DNA of 64,000 nucleotides from the human T2T-CHM13v2.0 reference genome, Homo sapiens (GCF_009914755.1 NC_060931.1); one strand, 5' to 3'; counted from the stretch's first letter, positions 12,966 to 27,495 are shown. Notes: generated from the letters alone by a model not told the origin. A program made the numbers and translations.

Positions 12966-13944
12966 AGCAGGACAGTCCAAACAGGCTTTAAATACTAGAG
13001 CACCAACAAAGTGGTCAAAAATATATTCCACCTCATGAATGTTCTGTGTTGTAGTAAACACTTGAAATTGGGAAAGATTTGATTCTTGAAATATTAAGTT
13101 AATTTTACATTATGAGATTTATTTTGTATATAGCTATTAGGATAGCAAATTGCAGGATAATTTTTTTTCATATTAAACCCTTTACCTGTTAAACTTAATG
13201 TACCTTATGCAGCCTCCTGCAGTATCCTCAATTGTCTGTAAGAATGACATTTTGCTTGCCTACAAAATATAATTTTAAAACATTTCCAAAAATCTTCAAA
13301 TGAAAAAGCATTTTACTGACTGACAAAGACAGCTCAGTATTTTCTTTCCTTTGAGCTCTCTGGCTTCTCTTTGGTTTTGTTCTCACCTTCCAGCTTTCCA
13401 CAGCATCTGAACCTTGGTCCAGGGAACCCACTGGCTCTGGCAAGTGAGACTCTCAGCAGTGCTAGGGTTCACCACCAAACTGGCAGCTGTGGACGTCGTC
13501 ATTTCAGAAGCTTCCAGAAATGAGTGTGGTTCTGCAGAATGCTAGAATTCTTTTACATGAACAAGGGCTTTGCTGCCTCAGAAGTGTTAATGAGAATTTC
13601 ACAAGGGGGTGAGGGAGGCCAAACCACAGCTCTTTTTAACTCTCAGCTCCTGGGACCTATTTAAAGTTCCTAGAAACCCTGTGGGAAAATGCAAGACAGA
13701 GCAAGCCAGACAATAAGACCTGGTGTAGACCACGGCAATACAGAAAGTTGTACTCAGCATAAAGAAAACAATACACGTTGTCTCTGCCCTTGAGGACTTT
13801 ATATTCTAAAGTGGGAAGGGAAATCATTTTGAAATACCCAAGTCAGTCAATAAACCATACACCTAATTAGAGCTATGCAACTACAGGAGAAATCTACAAT
13901 AACTGTGGCATTCTTCCTCCGCAAAGGGCATTTTCTTTCCAGAA

Positions 13945-14230
13945 GCAGTACAACATGATGGTTGGAAAACAGCCTCTGGAAGCAGACTGCCTAGGTTAAA
14001 ATTCTGACCCTGAAACTTTCCAGTCATATGACCTCAGCTGGGTCATATGAACTCTTGTGTCAGGTTGTCTTACGTGCAAGAAGAGAAAAATAACAGTATT
14101 TCCCTCATAGCCTGTTGTGAGCATTAAATGAGTTAACATATATAAAGTACTTGTAATAAGTATTAAGTCAGTTAATAAATATAAAGTGCTTGTAACCAAG
14201 TTTGACTAACGGCAAGTGCTATAGAAAGTG
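13945..14230 (+). mobile_element. MIR SINE with internal palindrome and ~38-bp internal duplication
   Basis: ctctggaagcagactgcctaggttaaaattctg...cctcatagcctgttgtgagcattaaatgagttaac. Confidence 0.7.
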
Positions 14231-15835
14231 CTGCTTCTGTCTGGTAGTATATTGTTTGTCTTTAAGACAGTTCTGAAGATTGAGTGAGTCGTTTCCCTAG
14301 TCTAGTAGCAACGATAATAATTTTTCACCAACCTTATGAAGTAGTAACAATTTTAAACCTCATTTGAATATGAAGAAAATAAAACTTAGCAAGGTTTAAA
14401 TAATTTCTCTAAGATTTAATTGCAGATCTGTTCGACTCTTCTGGAATTCATTTTCTATATGATCTCTTGCTTTGTCCCTTCAACCATGAAAGAAGATTAG
14501 GAAGAATGTTCTAGCATTTGAAATGGGACCCGAACTAAAAGAAAGTTGTTAAGTGAGCAGGGAAAGAAGTTAAGCAGATCTCTAATTTCAAAATCAAAGG
14601 CAATTGAAGTACAGGTCTTAGCAGCAGAATTTTGTTGCCTCTAAAATTTCTTCAAGCATCTGAAGAACCACACATTGGAAGTTCACTCAGAATATGTTTT
14701 CCTTTCCTAAAGTCCCCTTCACTGATATTTATGACAAGAGAAGGCAAGATGAATTTGAAAGGCAGAGGTTCTGAGGCCAGAGTTACTAGGATCTGATGTG
14801 TTTATCACAAAAATCTAAAAGCTGAAGGAGTTATCAGAAATCAGTTGAGATAGGTAAGAGGGAGAAAAGAGATCTATGTCCTGGGACAGACACCTTGAGC
14901 TGCCTAAAAGCAGCAGACAGCTCTTAAAATTGGTGCCTGCATCCTTCATCCTCAGTGCAATCTTGTCTTAAAATATCTAGATTGTGAAAAGAGCTAGTGC
15001 TGCTCCAAGAAGCATCAAGAAAATGCTGAAGTTTTATTCAGTCCTTGGGGGCAGACTGAAAAACTAATAAGTTTATGAAAATTGCCTATGTATCATGCTG
15101 TGAAAACTTCTACAAGGATGCACAGATGGGCTTCAATTTGGACAACTTTGTTGCTGCATATTAAGGGCCTTTGATTTTAATATCCAATAATGAATAAAAC
15201 TACTGGTGGGTGTCCTCCTGAGTCATAATGTAATCAGAGGAGAATGGCTGAGTCTGCCTCTCATTTCTTTTCACTGTTGAATATTTGCTCTCAGCCAGAT
15301 GTACCTAAGCTGAGAACACAACAAAGAAACATTGTATATGTGGTAAAGGAGACCAAAGGGATTTTGTCAGAAGGAAAGCAAGAACTAATTAGAGTCAAAT
15401 AAAAGTGTGGCTTCGAAGTTATGGAAATTACTGGACTTTCTAGAAGCAATCAACCCTAGTATACACAGTCTTCCAAATAAGCCAAAACTTTTCTGCAATA
15501 AAATGTAGTTTATTGAGAACTGTCATCTTTGTTCCCTACCTAATGGCCCAGCCCCACCCTGATCTCAGATCACTGTAAAGGCAGAACTTACCACTAGGTT
15601 TTAGCAACACCTAACTTCCCAGGTGCCTGAGTGTTAAATACTGATTACCTATGCTGACTAATGAATTAAAGCTTCTCTTCGTCTGAAGACATTGTTACCT
15701 AACTGGTGAGTAGGATTTATATGTGCCTTGTTGCCTGTATCTTTCTCACTTAGTAAACTTCATTGTCTTAGCTGAGTTAGTTTGAAGTCAAATTTAGGTT
15801 ACCTTATGTTCCTTCTTGTCCCCAAGTAAAACCAT

Positions 15836-16310
15836 TGTGCGGCCACAATTTTTCACCTTTTCCTCTACCCACATTCTTTTCAATGTGATTTTGCAGCTCC
15901 TCCCTTCAATTAGTAGAGTCTATTTCTTTACCCTATGACTTGATGTGACTACCCTTTTGACCTCTTTTTGATATGTGGAAGAAGTAAATGTGTAGAATGC
16001 CAGGCTAGTCCTGGCCATGGACACTTTGGCTTTCTACCTTAATCATGAGAACAAGAACAGACTATCATGCTGGAAGATGAGAGACTACATGGAGCAGAGC
16101 TGAGTATGCTCAGTTGTCCCATTCAAGGTCTCAGAGAAAGTCTGTCCCATATCAGCAAAGCTACCTGACTGATCTAAAGTTGGCATGCTAGAGTGCCACT
16201 GACTAGGAGAACCACTAGGCATCCCAATAACTCTTGGGGAAAAAATGATTACTGTTTTAAGCAACTAGATTTGGGGATGATTTGTAACATGGTGCTATCT
16301 AATAAATACA
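15836..16310 (+). mobile_element. MLT1 (ERVL-MaLR) solo LTR, MLT1G/H-like
   Basis: caatgtgattttgcagctcctccc...gagtctatttc...; 3' end tgttttaagcaactagatttggggatgatttgtaaca...aataca. Confidence 0.7.
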
Positions 16311-18696
16311 ACCACCATGTTTTCTACCCAGTTCTCAGTTCTGACATGCATTCTGACATAGCCCCTACCTAAATGTAAGCTGTAATCGTCAGCTCCTGGC
16401 ATGGTCTGACATTCAGTGCTTCTCATAACATAATTACTAAACAAATAATGTAATTGAATTCATATTAGTGAGCATTTGGATTGCTTTCTAATTTGAAATC
16501 AGATTTAAGTTTATTTTTCTTTTTCTTTCTGAGTTGTGTCTCTTTTGTATTCTAAATTTGATGTCTTCTCTATTTCTTTTTCACTTTCATTTAGACAGAA
16601 ATGAACAATAAATTTGAGATATTAATAAACTTTATACATTCCTTTGGTAGAAGAATTTGGACAGTAGAAGGAACCATACAAAGAGAAAGGCAAATAATCC
16701 CAAAGCAAGTGAGAATGGAAAGTCTGCCTTGATCTTACAAATATAATGAAATTCTAAATCAAATCACAAAAATATTCTTAGAGGTATTATTGCATAATTT
16801 TTATATTTTTATGTGATTTCCAGTAGATGTTACCTGTCCTACATTTTATACATTGTCATATTTTTTAAAATTTTTCTGGAAACTTAATTCAGAAGTCTAG
16901 GCACTAAAGGTAACTGAATCTTTTTGATTTGGTGATTTAGTTCTTCTGCTTAGTAGAATTCGGAATATCACTGAATTTTCTTCTGTCTTCTAGCACTTTG
17001 AGATTTTCAGCCAAAGGAACTGCTTTTTAAAATAATTGGCAGCAGCATTGATTTACAAAGGTGGATAGACATTGCTCGTTGGGGAATAACGTTTTCAGGA
17101 GCAAGCATTCTACAAAGGTGAGGGACTTAGGGCAGATAAGCACTAAATTTTTTCTTTTCACATAATTCTCTTTATGGATAAAACTCATCAAATTTTATCA
17201 ATGTTAGCTTTATGCAGCAAAGCAATGAGTGTTTTTAGATTACTATTTGCCCTTCTGTACATCTGAAGCAATAAGCACAATGTTGACATCAGAAAGCTGT
17301 TATATTCTATGGAGATGGTAGAGATGCTGTTTACTTGACACAATTGAGGACTCTGCTTGTTTCCCCTTTCTATGGAGACAGGTGAATTTATCGTCATAAC
17401 CAGCAGTTCGGGAAGGGCTGTATAAAAAGGAAAGAGCCTATGTTCTCCTAATTAGCACATTAGATAGCAGTCATTTAATGCTTGGCACTTGATTGTGTTC
17501 CTTGTCTCCTGCAGTAAGCGAACATTTCCCATCATGGTCTGGCTGTTGATGCAAAGATGCTGTGAAAGCCTTGTTCTTGTCTCCTTCTTTCTCTGCCTCA
17601 TTAACTGGTTCATTTAAATTGTGGCTTCTTCATAAAGTCTAACATTTCAATATCAAATGTTCCATTATTAAATTAGGCATTAAAAAATAGGAAAGGGAGG
17701 GTTGATCATCACATAATATGTCTCATTTATTTCAATACTTACAGTGATTCCATTTCATTATTTGGTGGTATGCTGGGGCCCATGTACCCCTGCATCCTTA
17801 CCATCTATTGAAACAACTATACTTTTTAATTCATTTGTGTATTCAACACACACTTACTGAGCTCTTTCAATGTTCAAGGCCCTGAAGAGAGACTTTGATG
17901 GAAAGAAAGAGAAGTTTTGATCCCTCCTTAAAAAGAGCCTGTATCTCCTTCCCTAGGAGAGATCAACTTTAAGAAAATCTTAATAAAGAAAGGTAACACA
18001 CTAACGTAAAGGATAAAAGACTTGAATAAATACCTGGAAGATTAGGAGTAGGCACAGGAAAGGAAAAGTGTATTAGATTCACCATTGCTCGGCTTCAACA
18101 ACTTGTTAAGTTCTGTATTTGTGTTTTGTGTAGTTTTCTCTAGATTTATTATATCTGCAATTAAAATATCAATAAAGTAGAAGTATATTGATAATGCTGC
18201 AAAGGGAGAGACATGGAAGACAGTTACCAAAAATGAATGGATGTTCTTAGAAAACTAAGGAGAGTTAATTTTTAGAATGACAGTTAAACTGGTATCTCAT
18301 TTCAGTATAAATTAGACTCATACGAAGAGTAGAAGATGTTCAAGTATGATTTTATTCTTTTCCCCAGAGAATTAAAATCTGACCTCTGTCTAGTGTCATT
18401 AATTAGCTTTCTCTCATCTTCCTCTCTAAATGTAGTCTATCTACACTTTTTTACATCAATCAAGTTAACAGATATGAAATGTTTGATCAATTTAAATATG
18501 CTAGTTTGTTTTACATGGGAATAAGTACATTCCTATTCTGTGTAATTGATTTTTGTTCATCTAAATCCAGGTCTTCACAATATCCATAAAACGTTTATCG
18601 GCATAATTCTAATCTATCAAGATTATTTTTTAAAATCTTGATTCTGTGTCAGTTATTCACTCTTTCTATAAAGGTATTTTTATCACCACTTATTAA

Positions 18697-19775
18697 ATCA
18701 TTCAATAAATATTAACTGATTCCTTACTATGTGTTAGATGGATATAGCAATAAATGAGACAAACTTTCCTGGCTTCATGAAACTTAATTTATAGGGGAGA
18801 AGACAGATAATAAAAAGTAGATAGAGAAGTAGATAGTATGTCAAATGGTGATAAGAACTATGTGGACAAATAAAGTAGGATATAAGGGATAGGAAGCATA
18901 GAGACCTCTAGGCTCTGAGACCAGTCTCAGATTTTGGAAGGCAGGGCGATGAGGTCAGTAGGAGTAGCAGAGTGACAGTGAGAGGTAGGAAATTAATATG
19001 GAGATATAGAGAGGAACCATGCCCTGTGGAGCCTTTTGGACCTGGAAAGACTTTGGCTTGGCTCTGTAAATGGTGGGAAGTCATTAGAAAATTTGAGTCA
19101 AATGGTGACATAACAGCCTACATTTTAAAAGATCACTCTGGTTGCTGTGTTGAGAATAGATTGAAGAGGTACAAGAGTGGAAGTAATCAGATCTGTTGAC
19201 TATTTCAGCAATCCAGGCCAAAGCTGGTATTAGCTTTGACCAGGTGGTAGCAGTGGAAGTGGTGAGAGAAGTGGTCAGATTCTGAGTATATTTTGAAGGT
19301 AGAATCATATAACTTGCTAACTGATTGAACATGAGATATGAGAGAAAGAGAATTCTAAGTTGACTCCATGGTTTGAAGCCTGGGCAACCAGAAGGATGGA
19401 GTTAGTGTTTACTGAGATGGGCAAGGCTGCAGGAAGGAAACTTCAGGATGGGAATCAGCAGTTGGGTAATGAACATGCTATATTTGAGATGTCTAACAGA
19501 CATACACGTGAGGATATTGAGTAGACAGTGGAATAAATGAGTCAAAGGGGAGTTACGAGACGTTCAGGGTAGAAATAGAAATTGGAAAGTCATAAGCATA
19601 TTGGCGGTTTTAAAACCAAGACACTGGAAAGAAGCACACAGGAACAAGTGTAGATAAAAAAGAGATGCTATCCCAGTTTAAAGCCCTGGAGAACATAAAT
19701 GTTCAAAGATCCACGAGCTGAAAAAGAATCAATCAAAAAGACTAAAAAGGAGTAGCCAGTATAGTTGGAGGATAT
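18697..19775 (-). mobile_element. L2 LINE (L2a-like), ~1.1 kb of the 3' region
   Basis: Starts tcattcaataaatatt. Contains ttttaaaagatcactctggttgctgtgttgagaatagattg and tttgagatgtct, both L2 hallmarks. Confidence 0.8.
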
Positions 19776-19899
19776 GAGTCTCGCTCTCCTATACTTGAGC
19801 AGAGCAACTTCTTATACAAGTTGTTTTAATAAAATATTTAATTAGATGTACTTAAAATATAAAGAATAAACAATGAAAATTCATATAACTCTTTGTGCT

Positions 19900-21055
<1,156 letters not shown>

Positions 21056-24000
21056 TTTTGTTTGCTAATGTTTTGCAAATAGGAAAACTCACATTAAATC
21101 TTTCTTTTTTCTTGAAAAGGAAAATCTGTCAGTAGTCAGCAACATTTTCACCAGGCAAGAGTTGACAGAAACTCTCGAGCTAGAACATACAATTTTCAGT
21201 TTGTCACAGTCCTGGCCACTGTTTATTGCATGACAACTAGCCAGATAACTTTTTTATTTATCTACCTGATCCCTAAACGAATTTAAATGGAGAATCCTTT
21301 TCTTAGCACCACCTGAACCCAGAATTCATTTGGGTTTCTCTCGAGAGTATTGCTTAACAAAGGTTAAACATTTGCTTAAATTGTTTAAATGGCACACGTG
21401 GGGATGTTATCCTAGAAAAAATAAAATAAACCCAACATTAAAAACTTAGTTTATTTTATGGACATATCTCTGATTTAGGTAATTACGAGGCATGAAAATC
21501 CAAATTACTTAACATAAGGGGGTGATTATTCTACCTTTTGCCACTAACTACTTTTGCGAATAGACTTTAAAATTTACCAAAATTCACTATGGAATTTCCT
21601 TTACAAAGCAAGCTTTCCTAATGCACTTAAAAGATGTACTATTATTCAGCCAACATATATTTAACAACCTGCTGTTACAACCCACTTTCTAAAAACATCT
21701 ACTGCATAAAGGAAGTTACATGAATACTTTGTACAACATTTTCAGCTGATTAAAAAAATTAGTATGTTTATTAGTACCTGCCTCACTGGAAAATTAGAGT
21801 GATGGGAACCCTGGCAGAGTAATTGAAAACCTAGAAACAAGACGGAGAGGGAAAGTGTGAGAGGTTTTGAGTGAAGATATTCTGGGGGCATTTCTTCACT
21901 GATGAGGATCTGGGATGCAAGGCTGATCCAAAGGAAGTGAATTATTTCCCCAGGGTACTATGTCTGCTCTTTTGGTAGCTGCTACCACATAAATATTAAT
22001 GTCTGTTTCAGATAGCGTAGCCTCAACAGCTATGCTCACTTCAGGCATGGATAATGCAGAAAAACAAGAATATAATACATTGTTAATTTCCTAATGTTCT
22101 TTAAACAAATAAACTTTAAAATGAAACTACCTAAACTGATTGATTCCTACTTTGATTGATGTTATATCATTATTACACAAAGTATGAAAACAAATTAACC
22201 TCCTAAGTTCAAATTAAACACTCTTGTTACTAATGTTTTTATCCCTTCCACAAATATTTATTGAGCACCTACTATGTGCCAGGAACTATAAGTAAGTCCC
22301 TCAAAAATCTCTGCTTTATAGACTGTACTATGCTCAATCTAGCCCATGCTTTATATAGCTCCCCTCATCAAAGTGTACCCAGACCTATTTTTAGCTTATC
22401 ACTTTTGTAGCTCATCCCCATTCCTCTTGGAGGCTTAATGTTCTGTATTTTGTGCTCTATCATCACGTGGCCAGTTCCAAGAAGTGGCAGAATTAGCAGG
22501 CGGGAAAAGGGTGGTGAGATGCCACTCACCACCTAAAAGTGATGCCATTTCACAAAGATACACAAATAAAGGTAGTATGCTGACATTGTACTTGCTAATA
22601 ATATGATGAAAAGACATTAGAGGAAGCAGTGTGCAAAAAGAGATCAGCATATTTGATTAAAATGAGAATGACAGTCCCATGGAGCAGGAAATGAATTTGG
22701 TCAAAAGGTGGTAACTTTTTCTTTGCTAGATCATGTCTAATCCAGCCTGTGTCTGACCTAGAGACCCAGATCTAGGCAACTACACTTATTGATCAAAAGG
22801 AGAACCCTTATTAAATGTACCTGCACTTACAAAGTTTCAGGTATTGGATGGTCGAGTTCTAAGCATTCCATCTACCTTTGAGAAATGTGATTTTAGACAT
22901 TTTCTCATTTGTACACATATCATAGATTTATCTAGAAACCCTATAGCATTCCTCGACATTTTAACAACCTATTATTTGTATCTCTACAGCAAAGTTTTTT
23001 GTTCACTTTTCAAAATAAATTTCTCTACTGAGTCATCTAACTCTGTTTAACGTTTAAACAACTCAGAAGATTTTCTTTTTGTTGGAAGACAAATATTTTT
23101 ATGCACAACTATTTTGTACTGAGCATTATATTACAGTGCATAGAATATTTGGTATTAATATTACAACTCTGAAGCTTTGTTAATGCCTGATTCACCAAAG
23201 TAAGGTTGTATAAAATATAAAAATGTCAAAACTGGCAAAAGAAATCAAGGCCTGTTTGAAGTTTCCAGAATCTTCCAACATTCTGGAATTGAGAAATATT
23301 TACCATTATGTCTCAAATAAACAATAGACTAGTGTTAGTTCCCACAAGACAGACAAACTTCTTTATATCCTATTAGTCCCCTAGATTATGGGATTTCATA
23401 CCCTGGGTTGAGAGATTTCACTCTGATGATTTTACACAAACTCTGCCTCTCCTCCAGAACCTGGATGTGGTCTATTCAAATGCCAGTAACCCCACAGAAC
23501 CTGTCACAATACTCCCCTTAGAACCTGAGATACTGCTTCTTGGGTCTAGCTTCCTACACCAGACTTTTTCTTTTCTTGGGGTAGATTCCTCTACAGACAG
23601 GGTCTCCCCTCCCTACTCCCATCAACCCCACCATTTTCCTTCAGCAGAAGATTCCTCAGCTTCAATGTACTTTAGTCAATGTAAATAGCTACTGGTGAGG
23701 GGGGCCCAATGGTTTCACATACCCAGTCTTTACTCGAGTCCTGCAGGAATATGCCATTGTGACAAGGACATTACCTTTCTTGGTTATAGAGTGAAGTTCT
23801 ATATTTTGATTGTTTGTATCAGATTGGAGATTTTCCAACATCTTTAACTTTATTTGTCTTGACACTGGATTGTTTATTAATTCTTTATTCCAATATGTAT
23901 CATTTTATGATTCTGATAGGGTTGTGATGGCCATGTCAAGTAGAATTAACCACCACTCCATGGCAGATGGTTGTAGAGAACATAGAAATGACAGAAAGTT

Positions 24001-25974
24001 AAAAAAAAAATCCCAAACCTCTTGCTACCTCTTCAAAAAATATTAGTTATGCACAAGTTAGAAGCTTTCGTTTGAATATGGATTATTTCCTCATCTGTGC
24101 CTCTATAATCCCTTTCACTCTTAAGATTTTCCTCTGTGGTCTGAAACCAAAATCACTTTGGTCTGCAACAATAAGTTAGTCTTGCTGCTTTTCCAATTTA
24201 TAAAATGACATTTATCTTCTAGATGGCTCCCCTTGAACAGTAGTTTCCAGACTTTTCAGCTTACATCCCTATTTTTGGTTTGATGTAGTCTCAAAGCTTT
24301 ACAAAAAGTGCTGAATGCCACATAAATATTTAAAGAAAATAAAAAGAACTTTTAAGAATTTGAGGTATAATTGTTTTTGTGTAGCTAAAAAAGAAAACAA
24401 GGTTAAAGATCACTGGCAAAGTATACAGAAAAGCACAAGAGTTGAATGCAGACACCTCCCAAATTTAGGATGTCACTGTCTGGATGTAGAATCTCCCAAA
24501 ATGAACTGGGTTATGGCTAACATTATCTTCACTTTGGAAACACAAAGCCTGCAGGCTTACACTGATATCTTCCATTAAATAAGGAGTGGTCATTCTTTTG
24601 TTATATTATTCATCAGTATCGTGCTCTTAATAACACTCACATTTCAGTAATGAAAAAGAAACTCAGCTATGATTTTTTTAAAAAATGTCTCTGCCTTCTG
24701 TTACATTTTCTGTGTTCTTCAAAAAATTTGGTATTTTTCAAAATAAAGAGGAGTATCGGTTGTAGCATCCTCATTAGGGAGATATATCTGTTTACACTAA
24801 GTTTTTTTCAACAAATATAGGAAGTATATTAAAAATGCAAAATATGATCTCAGTATTTGCCTCTCATAGAAACTGCTAAATATCATCATCCATAATGCAC
24901 AAGGTTTAGTAACTTTTCTCATATTTCCATTTTCTCATTACTTTCTTTCTCAAACTCAGGTAATTAGTTTGGCAAACTGAAATCTATCAAAGGTTTCAGG
25001 AGATTATTTCTTGGCGTTTGAGCATTGGTTTAATCAACATTAAGTAAACTACAGAAAGGGAAAAAGAAGGGGTTGGTTAACATGAATATAAACAACCATA
25101 TATGTAAGTTCAAAGCCCCTCCTTTTTCCTTAATCTTTATCAAGCCTTAGATAGTTACTACATTTCTTATTCCACGTAACTTCATTTATTGGTTTGAATC
25201 ACTTTTGTTTTATTTTTAATTATAGAATAATTCTTGAATTTTTTGAACATTTGGGAAATATTAATATAAGAACTTAAAGAAAAATATTAACATCTTATGA
25301 TTCTCTCACTTCCCAGAGATAAATAGATGTTGGTTTAACTCTTTATTTCACTCCCTCTCTCTCTTTCTCTTTCTCTCTGTTGGATTTTGTTTTGCTTTAT
25401 TTTGTTTTCAAAACAAAATTTGGGCTCTTTAATAATATATTACCACAAAATTACCTTGTAATGTATTAATAAAAAGTTGATTTTTGTGTGTGTTATCCGG
25501 CACATTGTTCTTCCTTCTGAATTTTAAAATTTGACTTTGCTGAGGGGAATTTCATTTTCTCTCATCTGAAATTACAGACATATCTTCTGTGCCTGGGTTA
25601 AGCGTGAAATTAAGGTAATTAAAGATGAGCAATGCTAAAAGTTCCCTAAGCAAAATCAAAGTAAAAAAAAAAATTAGGCTGTCGTGACTGAAGCAGCATT
25701 ACTCATAAATCCTCTGGGATTTGTTCTTTTGTGTTTGTTTTATTATTTTCCCCTGTTTTCCTTTTCAGTGCAGGATTAGATCAGAACTTGAGACCAGAAA
25801 CTGGTCAGAAAGAATTCTAAATGGGAGAATTACTGCAATGCAAATTTCTTCATTCCTGTAAATATTTGCTTGTTTATCTAACAGATATTTATTGCACACC
25901 ATGGTGTGCCTTTTGATAATACTAAAATGACAGTGCATCATGTATAGGCAGGTAGTTGCTAATTTATAAATTCC

Positions 25975-26500
25975 TAACTTACTATCAATCCCCTCAGCCA
26001 AAAACCACCAGGAACACACATGTAGTAGAACAAGTTGGGTTTATTATTTTTTGCAGTGAGGGAGAACACACAACACGGGAACCTGTGGGGTGTCTCAGAG
26101 AGAAGGTATTAGAAAGACGGTTTCACAGGATTTGAGCTTGGGCTGGGTGATTTGGGAAAGGGCCTAAGAAAGTAGAATTTCTTATTTCTAGATTGTATGA
26201 AATCGACTAGATTTCATACAATCTAGTAGAATTTCTAGATTGTATGTTCTTAGAAAAGAAGGGCAATTCTATGTTTGAGTATTTTGTGAGTGGAACAATA
26301 ACTATGTTTTTGTCTGTGTTCCGGCAGAAGAGTAAAGCGGCTTTGCTCTGTTCCATTTTATCATTGTCTCAGTGTAAACTTGTCTGAGGTTAGAAATTGT
26401 TTATGTACAAGGAAAACAAAATGGCCTGGCTCTGAATGTCAGGCCAGTTAATAATAACACTGAGGATGACCTATGAATATTAGAACAGTTTCAGATGTCA
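25975..26500 (-). mobile_element. Old ERVL-type LTR (MER76-like; subfamily uncertain)
   Basis: aaccaccaggaacacac...aagttgggtttatt (antisense AATAAA)...gagggagaacacac...gggcaattctatg resembles an LTR I recall. Confidence 0.5.
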
Positions 26501-26789
26501 GGAGCTGCGTGTGTGTGTGTGCGTGTATACACGCTACTCCCATCAGTGTCTTTGCTCCCTACGGGGCTTGGGCCCCGCCCCCAGAGCTGGTCTCCTTCAC
26601 CTTGCTTTGCTTAGGGCTGCTACTTTCCATCCCTGCCTCTGCTGGGCCTGCCTTGACAGGGGCTCTTTTCCTCCACTGTTGCCTGTACTCAAAAGGCAGC
26701 AAAACCAAGCCCCCTTCACTGTGTCTGGATCAGGTGGGGAGAGAGGTATACTATCGGCATTTGAGTCTGGAAGTCCCCTGCTCCTCCCC

Positions 26790-27495
26790 CTCCCTCATCT
26801 TCCATAGTTTATCAATTTCCAGTCATCATTCATTCTACCCGCTTGTTTCCATTCACTTCTCTCCATTTCTACTGCCCATACCTCAGGCCACACTGTCCAC
26901 TTTCCCTGGCAGTATTAGCCACCTGGTCTCCTTGCTGTCACCCCTGGCCCCTACAACCCCTCCTCTACACTGCTTCCAGAAGGATCTTTCACAAATACAA
27001 ATCTCAGAGTATCTCTGACCACTGTTAATTCTTCATGGTGTTTATGATAAAGACCAATCTCATTGTAAATCTTGCCATGATCGGCCCTGCACCTATCTTC
27101 CCAGCCCTTAGCTTTCTTTCATTTTATTCTCAACATTCCAGCTACAGGGAGAATGCAATCTATATGCATATTTTCTCTCATGTCTTCCTTCTACTTGGAA
27201 CCCATCCATCTCCCTTCTTCCCTCCAAGCTTCAGTCTACATCAGTCCCTTAAAACCTCAGCCTAATCCTACCTTATATAAAAAGCTCCAGCTTGAGAAAA
27301 CTCCCATAGCACATCATATATAGCACATTGTATTTCCTCTTTATAACACTTACCTCCATTTATTGCAGTCAATGTCTTGTGTTTCCAAAAGACTTGTTCC
27401 ATGAGGAGACGGGGCTTATCTCTGTGGTTCACAGCTATGCCCCAGTGCCTGGCATGTAGTGGATGCTCATCAAAATATTTACTGAGTATATGAAC
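26790..27495 (+). mobile_element. L2 LINE 3' region
   Basis: Pyrimidine-rich L2 body ending ccatgaggagacggggcttatc...cccagtgcctggcatgtagtggatgctcatcaaaatatttactgag. Confidence 0.7.

Noticed and set aside
26473-27018. 181-aa ORF
   Set aside because: It runs across an LTR end, a (GT)n tract and an L2. Composition is Leu/Ser/Pro-biased from pyrimidine-rich DNA, with no recognisable domain.
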